Positions 1 to 12,306 are shown, counted from the whole stretch's first letter. The stretch is DNA of 63,868 bases, filler included, from Calcarisporiella thermophila CBS 279.70 (GCF_041956535.1; 11 parts of 11 records of this genome joined end to end with filler, not necessarily neighbours in it), one strand, 5' to 3'. The notes: a model not told the origin generated them from the sequence alone. Program-made: numbers and translations.

Positions 1-915
1 CCTGACCTCAGAAAGGGTAGCATCTGGTATCGTGGACAGTATTGCGGTGTGATAAGACCATATTGCAGGGCGACCCCATTCTCGATTCCATGCGTTTGTA
101 GTGTCGTCTTGTTTCTCATCGATTGGGAAGTGGGTTTCTTGTAAGAAGATGAAGTCGAGTTTAGCAATTAGCTTGATCCAGTTGAATAATGTACGTCTTT
201 TAGTGGGGATAGCGATTCCCCTAGTGTTTAAGGATAAAAAAGTTGGCATTGGGTTGGGTTTGTTTGCTTTTATGGGTTGTTTTTAGGATTAATTAGGCCG
301 AGTCCTCGTGCATAATGTCCGTGTCGCCATGGGTTGTCCCAAGGTCGCCGTGCGTTGTCTTAGGATCGTCCAGGTCTGTTTCCGGGCTGTATTGGTTATC
401 CTCTTGGTGGGTATTATTTAAGTGTTCATATTGGGTCGGCTGCGTTTCTTTGAGTTCGCTCTCTTTGGGTATGTCTTGTTGGTCTTGATTGTATTCACTG
501 TTAGTTGATTGAGTAGTGGGGGAGGGAAGGAAGTCCCTGAGCTGACGCTTCAACGGGCGAGGCGTACTGGCGCTTGTTGAGGGGTACTCTTGCTCAGGTT
601 GTGTTTGGTCCTTCTTTCCTGCCTTGCTACGTTTTCCTTTTCGGCGGGTCACTAGCGTGAAGCCGTCGGCATCTGTTTGTGATTTTTCAGTGCTACTCGC
701 GCCGAAGACCAAGGGATTGCCGTTGTTAGTGGGTGGGTTTTTTTGTTGGGCCGTAGTAGTGCTAATGCTGTCAAAAACGAAAGTCTTGGGGGCCTGGGGC
801 CGTTTCCTCTCTTTCAGGAGGCAGGTTCGACTATCGTGGCCCTCGCTGGAGCAGAGTCGACACAAGGGAGGACAGTCTGGCCAAGTTAGGATAACTTTGT
901 CTCCGTTTATGTCCA
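1..915 (-). mobile_element. 5'-truncated L1-clade (Tx1/Zorro-like) non-LTR retrotransposon: ORF1 C-terminus (stop 293-295), 43-bp spacer, ORF2 start (ATG 249) running off the contig end
   Basis: ORF1 has a CCHC knuckle CRLCSSEGHDSRTC. ORF2 begins MPTFLSLNTRGIANPTKRRTLFNWIK..DFIFLQETH, an APE endonuclease motif. Near-identical second copy at 44744-45282. The 5' junction is approximate. Confidence 0.9.
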
Positions 916-1011
916 TGGCACGGTTGAGTACAAATAAAAAAAATAAACCCGCTATTGAGAGACTCCATATTCCACCTCTAAATAGCATGGTTCGTAAAAT
1001 TTTTGAGTTTA

Positions 1012-1268
1012 TCTCGTGTGGCGCAGACCCACAATAGTGCAACTGAAAAAAGAAGAACTTGTAGATGAATGGTCGCGAGTTCAATACAGTTCATATGGCC
1101 CTATCGAAGCTTTGTAGGCGTGCCGTTTTCCAAACACTGCTACACTCTGCAGAGTCAAAAAGAAGGCCTATAGAAAACACATCTTCTATCTTACGGTCGC
1201 TGGCATGACTAAAGGGTAAAACACTTGGATGTTAAGCATCACCCGATGAAGAGATATTTCACTTTTTG
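1012..1268 (+). ncRNA. Candidate Pol III-type ncRNA (tRNA-like leader followed by a two-hairpin H/ACA-like RNA)
   Basis: Partial A box TGGCGCAG (1019), B-box-like GAGTTCAATAC (1077-1087), two pairable hairpins separated by AGAAAA, ATA near the 3' end, T6 run at 1263-1268. Confidence 0.3.
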
Positions 1269-1757
1269 TCATTCAACCAATATAAGGCTTCAAAATATCA
1301 GCATAATATTGCCTTCGAAAATATATATCCACGTTTGCACGGTCTTGATATATACAGATTGTTTTTATAGTCTACGTTACGCTTTACTAACTAAATTTAT
1401 TTAGTACGATTATTTTTCGTGGATGATATATTTTCTTTCATTTATTGGACTTTATCATTGGGTGTAGGGCATTTTCGTCCTATATAAGAATGATATCCAT
1501 GTGAATGTAACGGCGATTCAATAAAGCATTTCTTTTGGATGCATAATGCATGTAAAAACATAAAATAACACAATCGCCTATATCAGCTCAAGGGAAAGGT
1601 GGGGCCCATGGAAGGGATTACTACAACGAATTTCTGGAGATATTCAATCGGTTACAAGTATTTATGATATCCCCAGTTCAAAATATAATGATAAATATAG
1701 GTGGGCAGTATACTGTAGATTGGGTAAAGTCTATTTGGTGTATTATTTACAATTTAG

Positions 1758-3158
1758 TTAATATTTGCAGTGACCAGAGTAGCGGGGTAGGGGAATCACG
1801 TCGCGTACGCTATCCACTCCTGTTACGAACATCATGAATCGCTCAAATCCAATACCAAATCCCCCGTGAGGAGCGCTCCCATAACGCCTCAAGTCTAAAT
1901 ACCATGAGTATTCTGCTTCGCTCAGCCCATGATCTTTAAGCGAGGCAAGCAATTCGTCCATCCTCTCCTCACGCATACTTCCTCCCATAAGCTCACCCAC
2001 CTTTGGGACAAGAAGGTCAGCACAGGCCACAGTATCCTCAGACGAATTGCGCCGCATGTAGAAGGGTTTTAAGCTGTGCGGATAGTCAGTAACGAATACT
2101 GGACCTTCAATATGGCTCTCGGCAAGGTAGCGTTCATGCTCACTCTGTAGTGGAAGTCCCCATTCTACAGGAAATTCGAAACTACCTTTGCTCTTTTGCA
2201 AAATGTCGATGGCTTCTGAATAAGTTATCCGTGCAAATGGCTGGAGTGTTCGTTCAAGTCTTGCTCTCAGTGATGGGTCAACCCATTTTTCAAATAATCT
2301 GAGCTCCTCCGAGTGATTGGTTAAGAGATCTCTTACCACGGCTTGGACACACCCTTCCGCAACATCAAGCAGCTGTGTCAAGTTGATAAAAGCTATCTCC
2401 ACCTCAAGCATCCAGAACTCAGAGAGATGACGCGAGGTGAGAGAAGGTTCTGCACGAAATGTCGGGCCAAAAGTGTAAACACGAGAAAGCGCACTAGCAA
2501 GCATTTCTGCTTGAAGTTGCCCGGAAACAGTTAAGTAAGCAGGCGCGCCAAAGAAGCTGCTCTCGTTGCCCTTTTCATAGTCTACTAGTTTTTGTTGGGG
2601 GAGGGCAGTGAACACTTCGCCACCACCTTCACAGTCATGAGAAGTCAATATTGGCGTGTGCACACCAATAAACTCCTGACCACGGAGATAGGAATGAAAA
2701 CATGCAGCTGCCTTGTCTCGTAATCGCATCATTCCTCCTCCCAGCCTCGATCGTGGCCGAAGATGAGCCCATTCTCTTAAAAATTCAATGGAATGTCTCT
2801 TCTTCTGCAGAGGATAGGTGCTATCACACTCACCTAATACCTGCACCTTGTTCACCTCGAGTTCAACCTGCTGGCCCGTGCCTCTACTTGGTATGAGTCG
2901 GCCATCGAGCCGCACACACGCGCCTGTGGAGAGAGGTTTGGCAATGTCTGGAGTGAGCACCGCTTGGAGTGAGGCGGAAGTTGTTCCATCAGTTATCTCG
3001 GCAAACGAAACTGTTTTCTGAGCGCGAAGAGTCCGAATCCATCCATAGACGGTGACTGTTTCTGAAGAGGGGGAGGATAGCAGACTGCGGATAGTTTTGT
3101 TGGGAAGAACTGATCCCGTGGAGTGAAAACGACGGAAAATGGTGAATCGTGGTAACAT
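1758..3158 (-). CDS. SLM5: Mitochondrial asparaginyl-tRNA synthetase (intronless)
   Basis: 466-aa ORF with Arg/Ser-rich presequence, OB fold, YLTVSGQL, GPTFRAE..SRHLSEFWMLE and HGGFGIGFER motifs. Confidence 0.95.
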   Translation of the reverse strand: MLPRFTIFRRFHSTGSVLPNKTIRSLLSSPSSETVTVYGWIRTLRAQKTVSFAEITDGTTSASLQAVLTPDIAKPLSTGACVRLDGRLIPSRGTGQQVELEVNKVQVLGECDSTYPLQKKRHSIEFLREWAHLRPRSRLGGGMMRLRDKAAACFHSYLRGQEFIGVHTPILTSHDCEGGGEVFTALPQQKLVDYEKGNESSFFGAPAYLTVSGQLQAEMLASALSRVYTFGPTFRAEPSLTSRHLSEFWMLEVEIAFINLTQLLDVAEGCVQAVVRDLLTNHSEELRLFEKWVDPSLRARLERTLQPFARITYSEAIDILQKSKGSFEFPVEWGLPLQSEHERYLAESHIEGPVFVTDYPHSLKPFYMRRNSSEDTVACADLLVPKVGELMGGSMREERMDELLASLKDHGLSEAEYSWYLDLRRYGSAPHGGFGIGFERFMMFVTGVDSVRDVIPLPRYSGHCKY

Positions 3159-3347
3159 TGGAGCTGGGAATCTTTCGTCCGGATATTCACTTAATGTTGT
3201 TTTCAGGTGCTCAAACTTGAGTGACTGCTAAGAAATTTAGTTCCTTCAACCTTCTAAAATCTCAGCCTAGTTTGTTCCTTAATAGAACTTCCTCGCTACT
3301 CTTTTTTTATAATTTCTCACAATTTCAGGCAAGCGCGCAGACTATCG

Positions 3348-4948
3348 ATGGACGATTATTACCAGTTTATTGCCCCAACTGAAGAAAAGCAGGGCGAATC
3401 GGAGGGGAATGGTGTCGACCTATTTCAGAGTTGGTCTAGCTCTTCTTGGGGAAACACGTTTGGCAAACTTGTGGAAAATGTGAAAAAGCAGGTAAATCAC
3501 CATTTTACATTTGACATGGTGTAACAGAATGCAATTAACGATTGATGAACTAATACTCCAAATTTTCCAGGGTGAAACTTTAGTTGATGTCACCAAACGT
3601 GATCTAACTGAATTCGTGTCCACTGTACGCACCGATGCAACAAACACAGTTGATGCTGTCTCTCACCATCTAAGTCAGCTTACAATTCCTTCATCTCCAA
3701 CTCGCTCCACTGATGCTCCGTCCGAATCGACATCCGGTCCTGGTGAATCTTCTTCTGCACCAGAATCACCAACCTCGTCAAAACGGTGGTCTCTCTCAAT
3801 ACTCCGTGAAGCTCCAGCCCAGGTGGAAAAATACATTAAAGAAGCTAATGTGGAGAAGTACCTCAAGGAAGCTGAGGCTTACTCGGAGCGCCTCTTGAAA
3901 GAAGCTCCACAGCGGTTACGCTCTGGTCAGCGTGCAGCCGAGCAGATGGTCCAGAGATTGGGAAGTGAATTGGGAGGTCTATTGAATACTGCAGTGACTA
4001 TCACAGCTCCAGTTGAGGAAAGAAGACGAGCAGTAGCACAAGCAAAGAAGATCATGTAAGCGTAAATTACTATCTTTCAACCTATAATCTGCTTTTTTTC
4101 TGCGTTATCCAGGGTGTATTCTGTGATGACTAAATGCAGCTTTCGAATAGTGTGGATAGAAAAGAAGCTCAGCTCGCCAAGATTCGCACGGATGCTTCGA
4201 CTTATACTACTGAGCCTGAGAACGACGCCTTCTACCGAACCTTCGTTGCTGGTTTTAGCGCACAAGAGTATACAGAAGAAATTTCTCGTCTCCTAGAGGA
4301 GCATCCAGAGGTGCGCGAGATGATGGAGAAACTTGTACCTGAAGTCATCAAATACGAAGATTTTTGGAAACACTACTTTTGGAGAGTATGGCAAGTTGAG
4401 CAGGAAGATGAGAGGAGGAAGAAACTAGTCAAGGGTAAATAATCGGCTTTTATACTTAATTTGTGGGCTAATCTTGGTTCTTACAAAATCCACGTTTTAT
4501 TGGGACTCTTCTCCCAGATGCTGTAGAGGCACACGGCGACGAGGAGTTCAGCTGGGACATGGATGACGAAGAAGAGGGAGTAGAAGGGAAAGAGGAGAGA
4601 AATGTCGATAAAGGAGAAGTCAAGGTAGTAAAAGAAGAGGGCGAGGAAAATACATTATTAGAGTCCCAAGAGAAGGAAGTAACGGCAGAGAAGGTGAAGA
4701 AAGAAACCTCCAATGAATCAAGAGAGATGAAAGCAGTGGAGCCAGAGAGTAGCCAAGGAGAAGTGGGTGCGGCAGCCCAAACAGATGTGGGTGAAGCGAG
4801 GCCAGGAAAAAAGAGTCCACGTACTTCTGAAGACAGTTTTGAGATGATTGCGGAAAGATCGTCTTTAGATAATAATCGAAAGGATCAAGAAAAGGAAAAG
4901 AAAGAAAAGAAAGAAGGAGAAGCAGATGACTGGAGCGATTGGGAATAG
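3348..4948 (+). CDS. BSD-domain protein (DOS2/BSDC1-like), multi-exon
   Basis: ATG 3348, GT-AG introns, BSD motif LVPEVIKYEDFWKHYFWR, acidic tail ending DDWSDWE. Confidence 0.85.
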
Positions 4949-5321
4949 TAGCATCCAGTATATTTTTGAATTAATTCTATATCACTCTATGCTTTTTTAT
5001 GATTCTATCCTTATCCTTTTTTCGCCTATTATCACATAGCAATTTTTCATTTTTGTAATTTTTTATTTTAACCACCAACTCTTTTGTTTTTCCATTTCTG
5101 TATCAACAGGATATTTTGGATATCTGAGATTAGCTAGATAATCCTCTTGTGAAAGGTTAGAAGTAGTTTCTCAAACCCACCACTCATTCCCTTCTTTAAA
5201 AGGAGAATAAAAGAAACCCTTTTGCCCGACAATCCTCATCTCTTTCCGTTCCCTCTCTTCCTCTCACGCAGCATCCATGGTCCTCTACAGTAATTAGAAC
5301 TATAACTTAACGATTAGAATA

Positions 5322-7371
5322 ATGTATCGATCCTATTACGCGGATGACGATGAAAGCGCGCATGAAAATGATACTCACAGCGAGGAGGAGAACTCCCCTG
5401 GGATATCCGGCGAAACTCTCGCACGATTCTTGGGCAGTGGTTGTGGGAACAATGAGAGAATGGAAGATTCTCCCTCACCATCACGATATTATCCCAACTC
5501 CAAATTTTCAGGGTCTTCCATGCTTTCCCCGAACTCCGCGTTGTCTCCATCTAGTGTTCCCACATCTCGCTTACGTGCACTTTCACTTGGCCAGCGCACG
5601 CAACCTTTCCACTCTCAGCCAAGTCTTCACCCGCCTCCACTGGAGATGCAACGCCCCTCAAGTTTTGATGTGAGATCTACCGCCCAAAAGGGTCACGGCC
5701 ACCAACTACCAACCCCGCCCAATGGGACATTCTCTACACCTTCTTCTCCCTCACGCCATCCATCTCATTTGTCCCCTCAGCCAGTTTCGAACTCGAGTTT
5801 GCCAAAAACTCATCCTCCTCTGCCTCCAAATTTGAAAATCCCATGGCGAGATTCACAGGATAAAAAACCGGCGCCAAAATTGAATCTCCCGCATAGCCCA
5901 AGTCAAAGTACTCCCGAGGATAATAGGTTTATTGAGAGGTAGAGCGCTTGTCTCTTATTTATCTGAAAATTTATTTCTAACTAAATATATTGATGCTTAC
6001 CAGAGATCAATACGGGTTTAAAAAGACTTCGCAGTGGCTCACCCTTAAAGATTTTGCCGAATTTGAGTCCAAGTATGGGCCCGTCCTAGAAAGACGGCGG
6101 CACAAGTGGGAGACGCTAATCCAAGAGCATGGCGGGAATCTGCCCTCGCGCAGCACAAAGGTTAAGCGATATATTAGAAAAGGAATCCCATCATCGCTAC
6201 GCGGGAAGGTAAATTTTCAGATTATATACGATTAAGTACCTATTTTTTCCTAAAAAATAGTCCAATATTTTTACTTCTCTCCTCGCTAGGCCTGGCTCTA
6301 TTACAGCGGTGCTGATCGGAAAATGCACCGTCATCCCGGCCTTTACACCAAACTTATTTGTGATGCACAGCTGCAGGGCTCGAGGAATGAATACGCAGAG
6401 ATCATCGAGCGCGACCTCCATCGCACTTTCCCTGAAAATATACGCTTTCAGACCCTAGAGCAGGATGGAGTGGTCGTCTCTGGAAATGTTCCTGCTATTC
6501 AGTCTCTGAGGAGAGTTTTGCTTGCATTTTCGGTATATGTGCCATCAATTGGCTACTGTCAGAGTCTCAATTACATTGCAGGGTTATTTTTGATATTTAT
6601 GGGGGAGGAGGAGGCTTTCTGGATGCTCGTGACGACCATAGTGGATTATTTGCCTCCAAGAATGTATGACGTGACTATGGATGGAGTGGTGAGTTCCAAA
6701 CTTCCTAACCAACAGGTATTAGAGTGGACTGATACGACAGCTACATCCTTCTTAGAACACGGATCAGGATGTGTTGATGCTTCTTATCCAGGAGAAATTA
6801 CCCACCCTCTGGAGTAAATTGGGTCAAGGGATGACTTTCTGGGAATTAAAACGGACCAACTCTATGCCGACTGTGACGCTGGTGACGTGCCACTGGTTTC
6901 TGACTATGTACATCAATATATTCCCAATCGAGGTAAAAGAAATAGCCTTCATGCCAAGCTCTAATTATATACACTAAAAACGTATCTCTTTTTATACATT
7001 CTACGATGGGTCCATATGTCCAGACAGTGCTAAGGGTTTGGGACTGCTTTTTCTATGAAGGACAAAAGATTCTTTTTCGTGTGGCCCTTACAGTTCTCAA
7101 AATGAATGAGGCTGAAATCCTGGCGGTTGACGACCCCCTTGAAGTTTTCCAAGTGGTACAGAACTTGCCTAAACGAATGATTGACTGCCACAGGTTGATG
7201 GAGGTATTAATGCTACATATACATGGATGGCGTTATCCGTTAGTAAGGCTCCTGCTGATTTCTCTAACGAATTAGATGTGCTTTAGTCGGATGTTCCATT
7301 TGACCGAAAAGGATATTGACCGGCGGAGAGAGATAGTGCGACAGCGGAAAGGGATAGAAAAGCAGAAATAA
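5322..7371 (+). CDS. TBC-domain Rab GTPase-activating protein (Msb3/Gyp3-like), multi-exon
   Basis: RDQYGF, KRYIRKGIP, IERDLHRTFP, GYCQSLNYIAG and TVLRVWDCFFYEG motifs across exons. Confidence 0.92.
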
Positions 7372-8459
7372 TCTTTGGTATATTAAATACTTAACCGTAT
7401 TTTATCTAATATTTTTGGCAAACTGACCACTTAGTCTTTGATTTCTTAATTTTTCTTTTTTCTCTTTTTCCCCCTTTATTGATTGTATATATATTTGAAA
7501 TGCTAATGGTGACATGATTTTGTTGGAATAAACGAGAAACATTTTTGGATATAATTTTACCATTTCACCATTAATGAATAGGCAGGATGATAATCCGGAA
7601 GCTCAAGTGTGCTTCTCCAAATTAGGCGGACAAAGGGAGCATACGACCGCAATTAAGATAGTTTGTGACAACATGTGCTCTGGTGAAGAGTCAAAGCCTA
7701 ACAAAATTAAAAATAAAAGATGTACATAAGTAACCAACAATAATGTCTTCAAACTATTTACTATTATGGCAACACAGCTGGGAATGGGAGATGATCATCC
7801 TACTTGATCCACTTCAAAAGAATCATAATAGAAAACTATAGAACACTTAATTCCTCATATAAACGACCACATGGCCCATCCGATATCTTCCAGGATTTAC
7901 CGGCAAAAACCCAGGGAATAGCAATATTTCCGTTCTCTGTTAAGAATTTAATTTGGCAATATCACAATACCAATTTGAGAGGTTTTCTAGAGTGTACCCA
8001 AAAAAAAAATAGGTGCAAACTGCCGGTAAACCCTCCCTGGTTGGTTGGTTTAGAGTTTCTTTTGGGGGCCCTGATATTTGCAGAATTCTATTTTAACAAG
8101 CATTTAAGTTTTTCCGCAGAATCTGCCAAGAAAAACAGTGGAGAAAGGGATCAACCCTCATGGCTGCGCCTTACATTAATCCCAACATAGGCCAGGTAAC
8201 GGTTGATATCACCAATAAATCCCCCCTGGGTGGCTTTGATTCTATCCGGAAAAGGTTACCGACGGCCAAACGGCAACCCGTGGCATCGAAAAAGATTGGA
8301 ATTGCCGTGGAAAAAAGACAGTTCCGATGACAAGAACACCCGGACTCTCAAAAAGGAAGTTCTTAAAAATGCAATAAAAGCATTCAACTGTCCCCTACAA
8401 AAACATTAATCTTTATATTTCTTTTACATTCCCTTTTATTTTCTAATTAATTTCATACA

Positions 8460-10076
8460 ATGGCCGGAAATATAGATGACAATGCACTTTCATTAAGCCT
8501 TCGGGAATCACTCAATAATCCTAAATTGACAGAAAATTACGAATCAAAAAAAGAAGACACCTCAACCGATACCACCATCGACCCAAATGCAACCCCATTC
8601 GAACTTACACCCAAAGAGCAAGAAATCATCAAAAAGCAGACTTATGTAGCGGAGCGCAGGCTAAATGCTCATGAGCTGTTTCGTTACGCCACAAAACTCG
8701 ACATCTTTCTTATGATCGTAGGATTGATAGCTTCTGGAGTCGTCGGCGCTGCTACCCCCCTCATGACGTAAGTTGAATGTTAACTCGAGGATTCTGAATC
8801 TTCTTGTTCTAACATTTCCTCCCCATTTTTATAGTATCATGTTTTCTGGATTAGTGGACACGTTTACCAATTTCATGAAAGGCGTGATCACCCCGAGTAA
8901 AGTTGCCGAGGACATCAACGCCAATGTGCTCTACATTCTTTACATTGCTATAGCAACTTTTGTATGTGGTGTAAGTTGATGCATTTTGAGATACTTCTAG
9001 AACAAATTGTTACAATTATATTAACCACAATGGTTGACATTCTAATACAGTACTTATATATGGCCACATGGATATACACCGGTGAGCGACAAACCCGCAT
9101 CATGCGCGAGAAGTACTTGGCCGCTATTCTGCGTCAGAACATTGGATATTTTGATAAAATTGGAGCTGGTGAAGTTACAAGCAGAATCACCAACGACACC
9201 CACCAAATACAAGATGGAATCAGCGAGAAAATTCCAATTGCATTTAAGGTATGCTTTCATATATTTTCGCAACATTATAGGCCCTCGTTTGCAAACTCAG
9301 TTAAAATATACATACGCAACAAATAGGATGTCTGTGCGTTTATTGCTGCTTTTGTCATTGCATTTACTGCAAACTGGAAGCTGACGCTGGTGTGTCTCTG
9401 TATTTTGCCCCTCATTTTGTTTTCAGTATGGCTCTTCGTCAGGTAAACTATCGCAAATGCACCTATTCTTATCGAAAGCGGTTTCTCATTTCCCATTTAT
9501 ATTTTCATTGAAGATTTGTTGCAAGAATAGAAGCAGGTCAACTTGACATCTTCGGCCAAGCCTCCACAATCGCAGACGAAGCCTTTTCGGCCATTCGGAC
9601 TGTTCAAGCCTTTAGTGCTCAGAGGAAACTCGAATCTCTCTACAACAAAAAGATGGAGGATGCTAAAAAGAAAGGATATATTAAATGGACGATCATCTCA
9701 GTGGCAATTGCACTTATTTTCATGTGGATTTATCTTGCATATTCCTTGGCGTTCTACTATGGGACAACCATGCTTCTTAGTGGCGAATTATCATCTGGAA
9801 CCATCGTGCGTGTTTTCTTCCCTATCCTTATTGGCTCCTTCTCAATTGGTATTCTCAACGCTATTTTTTTTTTTTTTTGGTTGTATAACTATTGACACTA
9901 TTTTTTCTTTTTTTGCTAGCCAACGTTGCTCCATCCCTCCAGGCATTCTCGCTCGGTCTTGCATCCGGCGCCAAGATTTATGAGGCAATTGATCGTGAAC
10001 CACCTATCGATAGCTCCTCTACCGAAGGATCGAAACCTGAGAATGTGAAGGGATTCATTCAAGTGAGCGATGTCAA
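8460..10076 (+). CDS. ABCB/MDR1-type ABC transporter, N-terminal part (truncated by contig end)
   Basis: LFRYAT..D, TGERQTRIMREKYL..ILRQNIGYFD, GEVTSRI..D..IQDGISEK, IDREPPIDS motifs with GT-AG introns. Confidence 0.92.
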
Positions 10077-10175
10077 NNNNNNNNNNNNNNNNNNNNNNNN
10101 NNNNNNNNNNNNNNNNNNNNTTAATTAATTAANNNNNNNNNNNNNNNNNNNNNNNNNNNNNNNNNNNNNNNNNNN
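10077..10175. other. Artificial contig linker N-TTAATTAATTAA-N (also near 20056, 22860, 30848, 35848, 44644, 49944, 52707, 58928, 61699)
   Basis: Identical six-frame-stop spacer embedded in N runs. Confidence 0.99.
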
Positions 10176-10562
10176 NGTCCAAAATGTTATCCCACAGTTA
10201 TTACAACGGACAAGTGAATATTGTTGTTTCTGTTTAATTGTATCGACGTATTCCCAGAGAGTGCTTTTTTACGACTCATTTTCAACTAAATCCAACAAAG
10301 TAAACGACATGAAAGTCGAGCTTTAAAATTAAATAAAAACTAATATCATAAGAAAGTGAAATGATTGTTCTCATGTGAAAAGGAAAGGTTTTTTAAAAAA
10401 ATGAGGAGACGCATTTCTTTTTCGCGTAAAGAGGTGAAACTAAGGATTATTTTGGAAAAAAATAAAACACATAAAACACGAAATTTCAAATATATCCGAC
10501 ATATCCGACAGCTTTATCGGAAAAATAAAACACAAATTCACAACACTACTCACAACACATCC

Positions 10563-10902
10563 TGTTACGTGGGCTTTGGGGTTTATCGTGAATATTTGTA
10601 CGTAAAGAAAAAAATGAAAGCTTTTCTTAAAAAAGAAAAAAAATAGACAATAAATTTCAAGACTATTACTCAATATAAAAAAACTAATCCGCCTCCCCGT
10701 TCACTCACGCTTGAATCTCTTCTTATATAACAAAATTAAACTAAATAGAACGAACCGATTAAACAAACTGGTTAAACGAACTGAATATAAAGGTAACAAA
10801 AACTAATTGTGCATAAAGTTAAAGAAAGAAAAGAAGTTTTTTTTTTGGCTTGTAGTGGCGCAGTTATGACTGTCTGTACGAAATACCAATATTCCCGTAA
10901 CA
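10563..10902 (-). mobile_element. Complete 340-bp solo LTR (TGTTACG family) with 4-bp TSD ATCC, 10 bp upstream of tRNA-Cys
   Basis: Termini TGTTACG...CGTAACA. ATCC at 10559-10562 and 10903-10906. The tRNA-proximal end resembles the LTR ends at 19989, 20747, 23050 and 45350. Confidence 0.85.
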
Positions 10903-10912
10903 ATCCCAAGTC

Positions 10913-10984
10913 GGAGAGCTAGCTCAACGGTAGAGCGTGAGACTGCAGATCTTAAGGTTTCGGGTTCAAATCCCGAGTTCTCCT
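10913..10984 (+). tRNA. tRNA-Cys(GCA)
   Basis: Cloverleaf GGAGAGC/GTTCTCC, anticodon arm TGAGA-CTGCAGA-TCTTA, T loop TTCAAAT. Confidence 0.93.
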
Positions 10985-11343
10985 TGATATTTCGTTTTGT
11001 TTTTAATAATCCAAGCTTTCTATTGTCCTAAGAGTCGAAATATAATAGACCCATTTAATAAAGAAATTTGCAACTCTAGAACTTTCTCCTCTCCAAAACC
11101 ATATATTTAATGTTTTATTTCTTTATTCAGAGGCCTTGAAGGTATCTATTAAATGATTTATTAATATAGAACAATAACAAGTTAAAAAGAAATGAAAAAA
11201 AATATGGCCTTACAAGCAACTTGTTATTATACTAGATTTTTGTCTTTGACATTAGTATAATTGAGAATTTCTTCGTCCATCTGCTCAGCAACAGGAGAAA
11301 TAAATAAAAGCGAATTAAAAGAAACTGATTAAAAATCTATTTT

Positions 11344-11931
11344 TTAGCTGTAGCCTCCACACCCTCTTCGGGATGTATAGCATAACCGCAAGCTTTTAAA
11401 GTTTACGCCCTGTGAATTGCTATACTGACCATCGCCTGGCAGGTACCTATTCAATTATTGAGTAGTTAGTCAATAAAATCAACGTAAATGGCACTAAAGA
11501 TGCAAAAATTGTATACCAATGGCTATTAACCGATTTGCAATCGGGCGCATCATAGAGCACTAGATGGTAGTCTCCACTGATAGTGGCTGCTTTGACTGGT
11601 ACGGAATCGCGCGTCTGTACATTAGCACAGCCTTCTTCATTTGCATTTACTAAAGTATTCAAGAAAATGAAAAAAAATGAGCGAACCATTCTATTATTCA
11701 CTGGCGATTGTTACTTGTATCACCTGTAGCAGCGGGTTGAGAAAACATGACATCGTGATAGAGGATGACCCGCACCCGAGGCTTAGGCATAGTGGAGGTT
11801 GCCTGTTTGTTAGTGAGTTGTTTTTGGATAGGAGCCTGTTGTTGATAGAAGTGCTCGTGCCCCTGATTCTGAATGGCGTGCGTCAACATTGCAAGGAGGA
11901 GGAAGCAAAAGATGAAAAACATTCTATCCAT
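11344..11931 (-). CDS. Small secreted cysteine-containing protein, probably 3 exons
   Basis: Signal peptide MDRMFFIFCFLLLAMLTHA, Gln-rich pro-region, spliced continuation EEGCANV...LVLYDAPDCK...FKSLRLCY. Confidence 0.55.
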
Positions 11932-12306
11932 CGTACTATTAAAAAAACACTATTACTTTCGAAAGTAACAGAAAGTAAAGCACGAAAAGAAAAACAAATA
12001 TGGTTAATGAAAGTGGATGATTTTAATAATAGTGATAAAGAATAAGAATAAGAGAAAAAAAAATTGAGAGCACGAATATAATATAAGGGAGGGATGTAAA
12101 TGGCACGCATTTCATCTTGGCAATTTATGGAAGAGGAAAAAATGCACGGATTCTCGTCGCAAATGAAATGCCAGAGTTTATTTTCATTTGCATGATGATA
12201 GGCATCCTCAAATTGCATCTACGATCAAAAATTTTTCGGATAAGGGAGGAAAAAAAAAAGGAGAAAACCAAGGGAATAGGCTGAGATTGTCATTGACATA
12301 TTATTT

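Noticed and set aside
10077-10175. Recurrent TTAATTAATTAA as a biological repeat
   Set aside because: It is always centred in N runs and is an artificial six-frame-stop contig linker.
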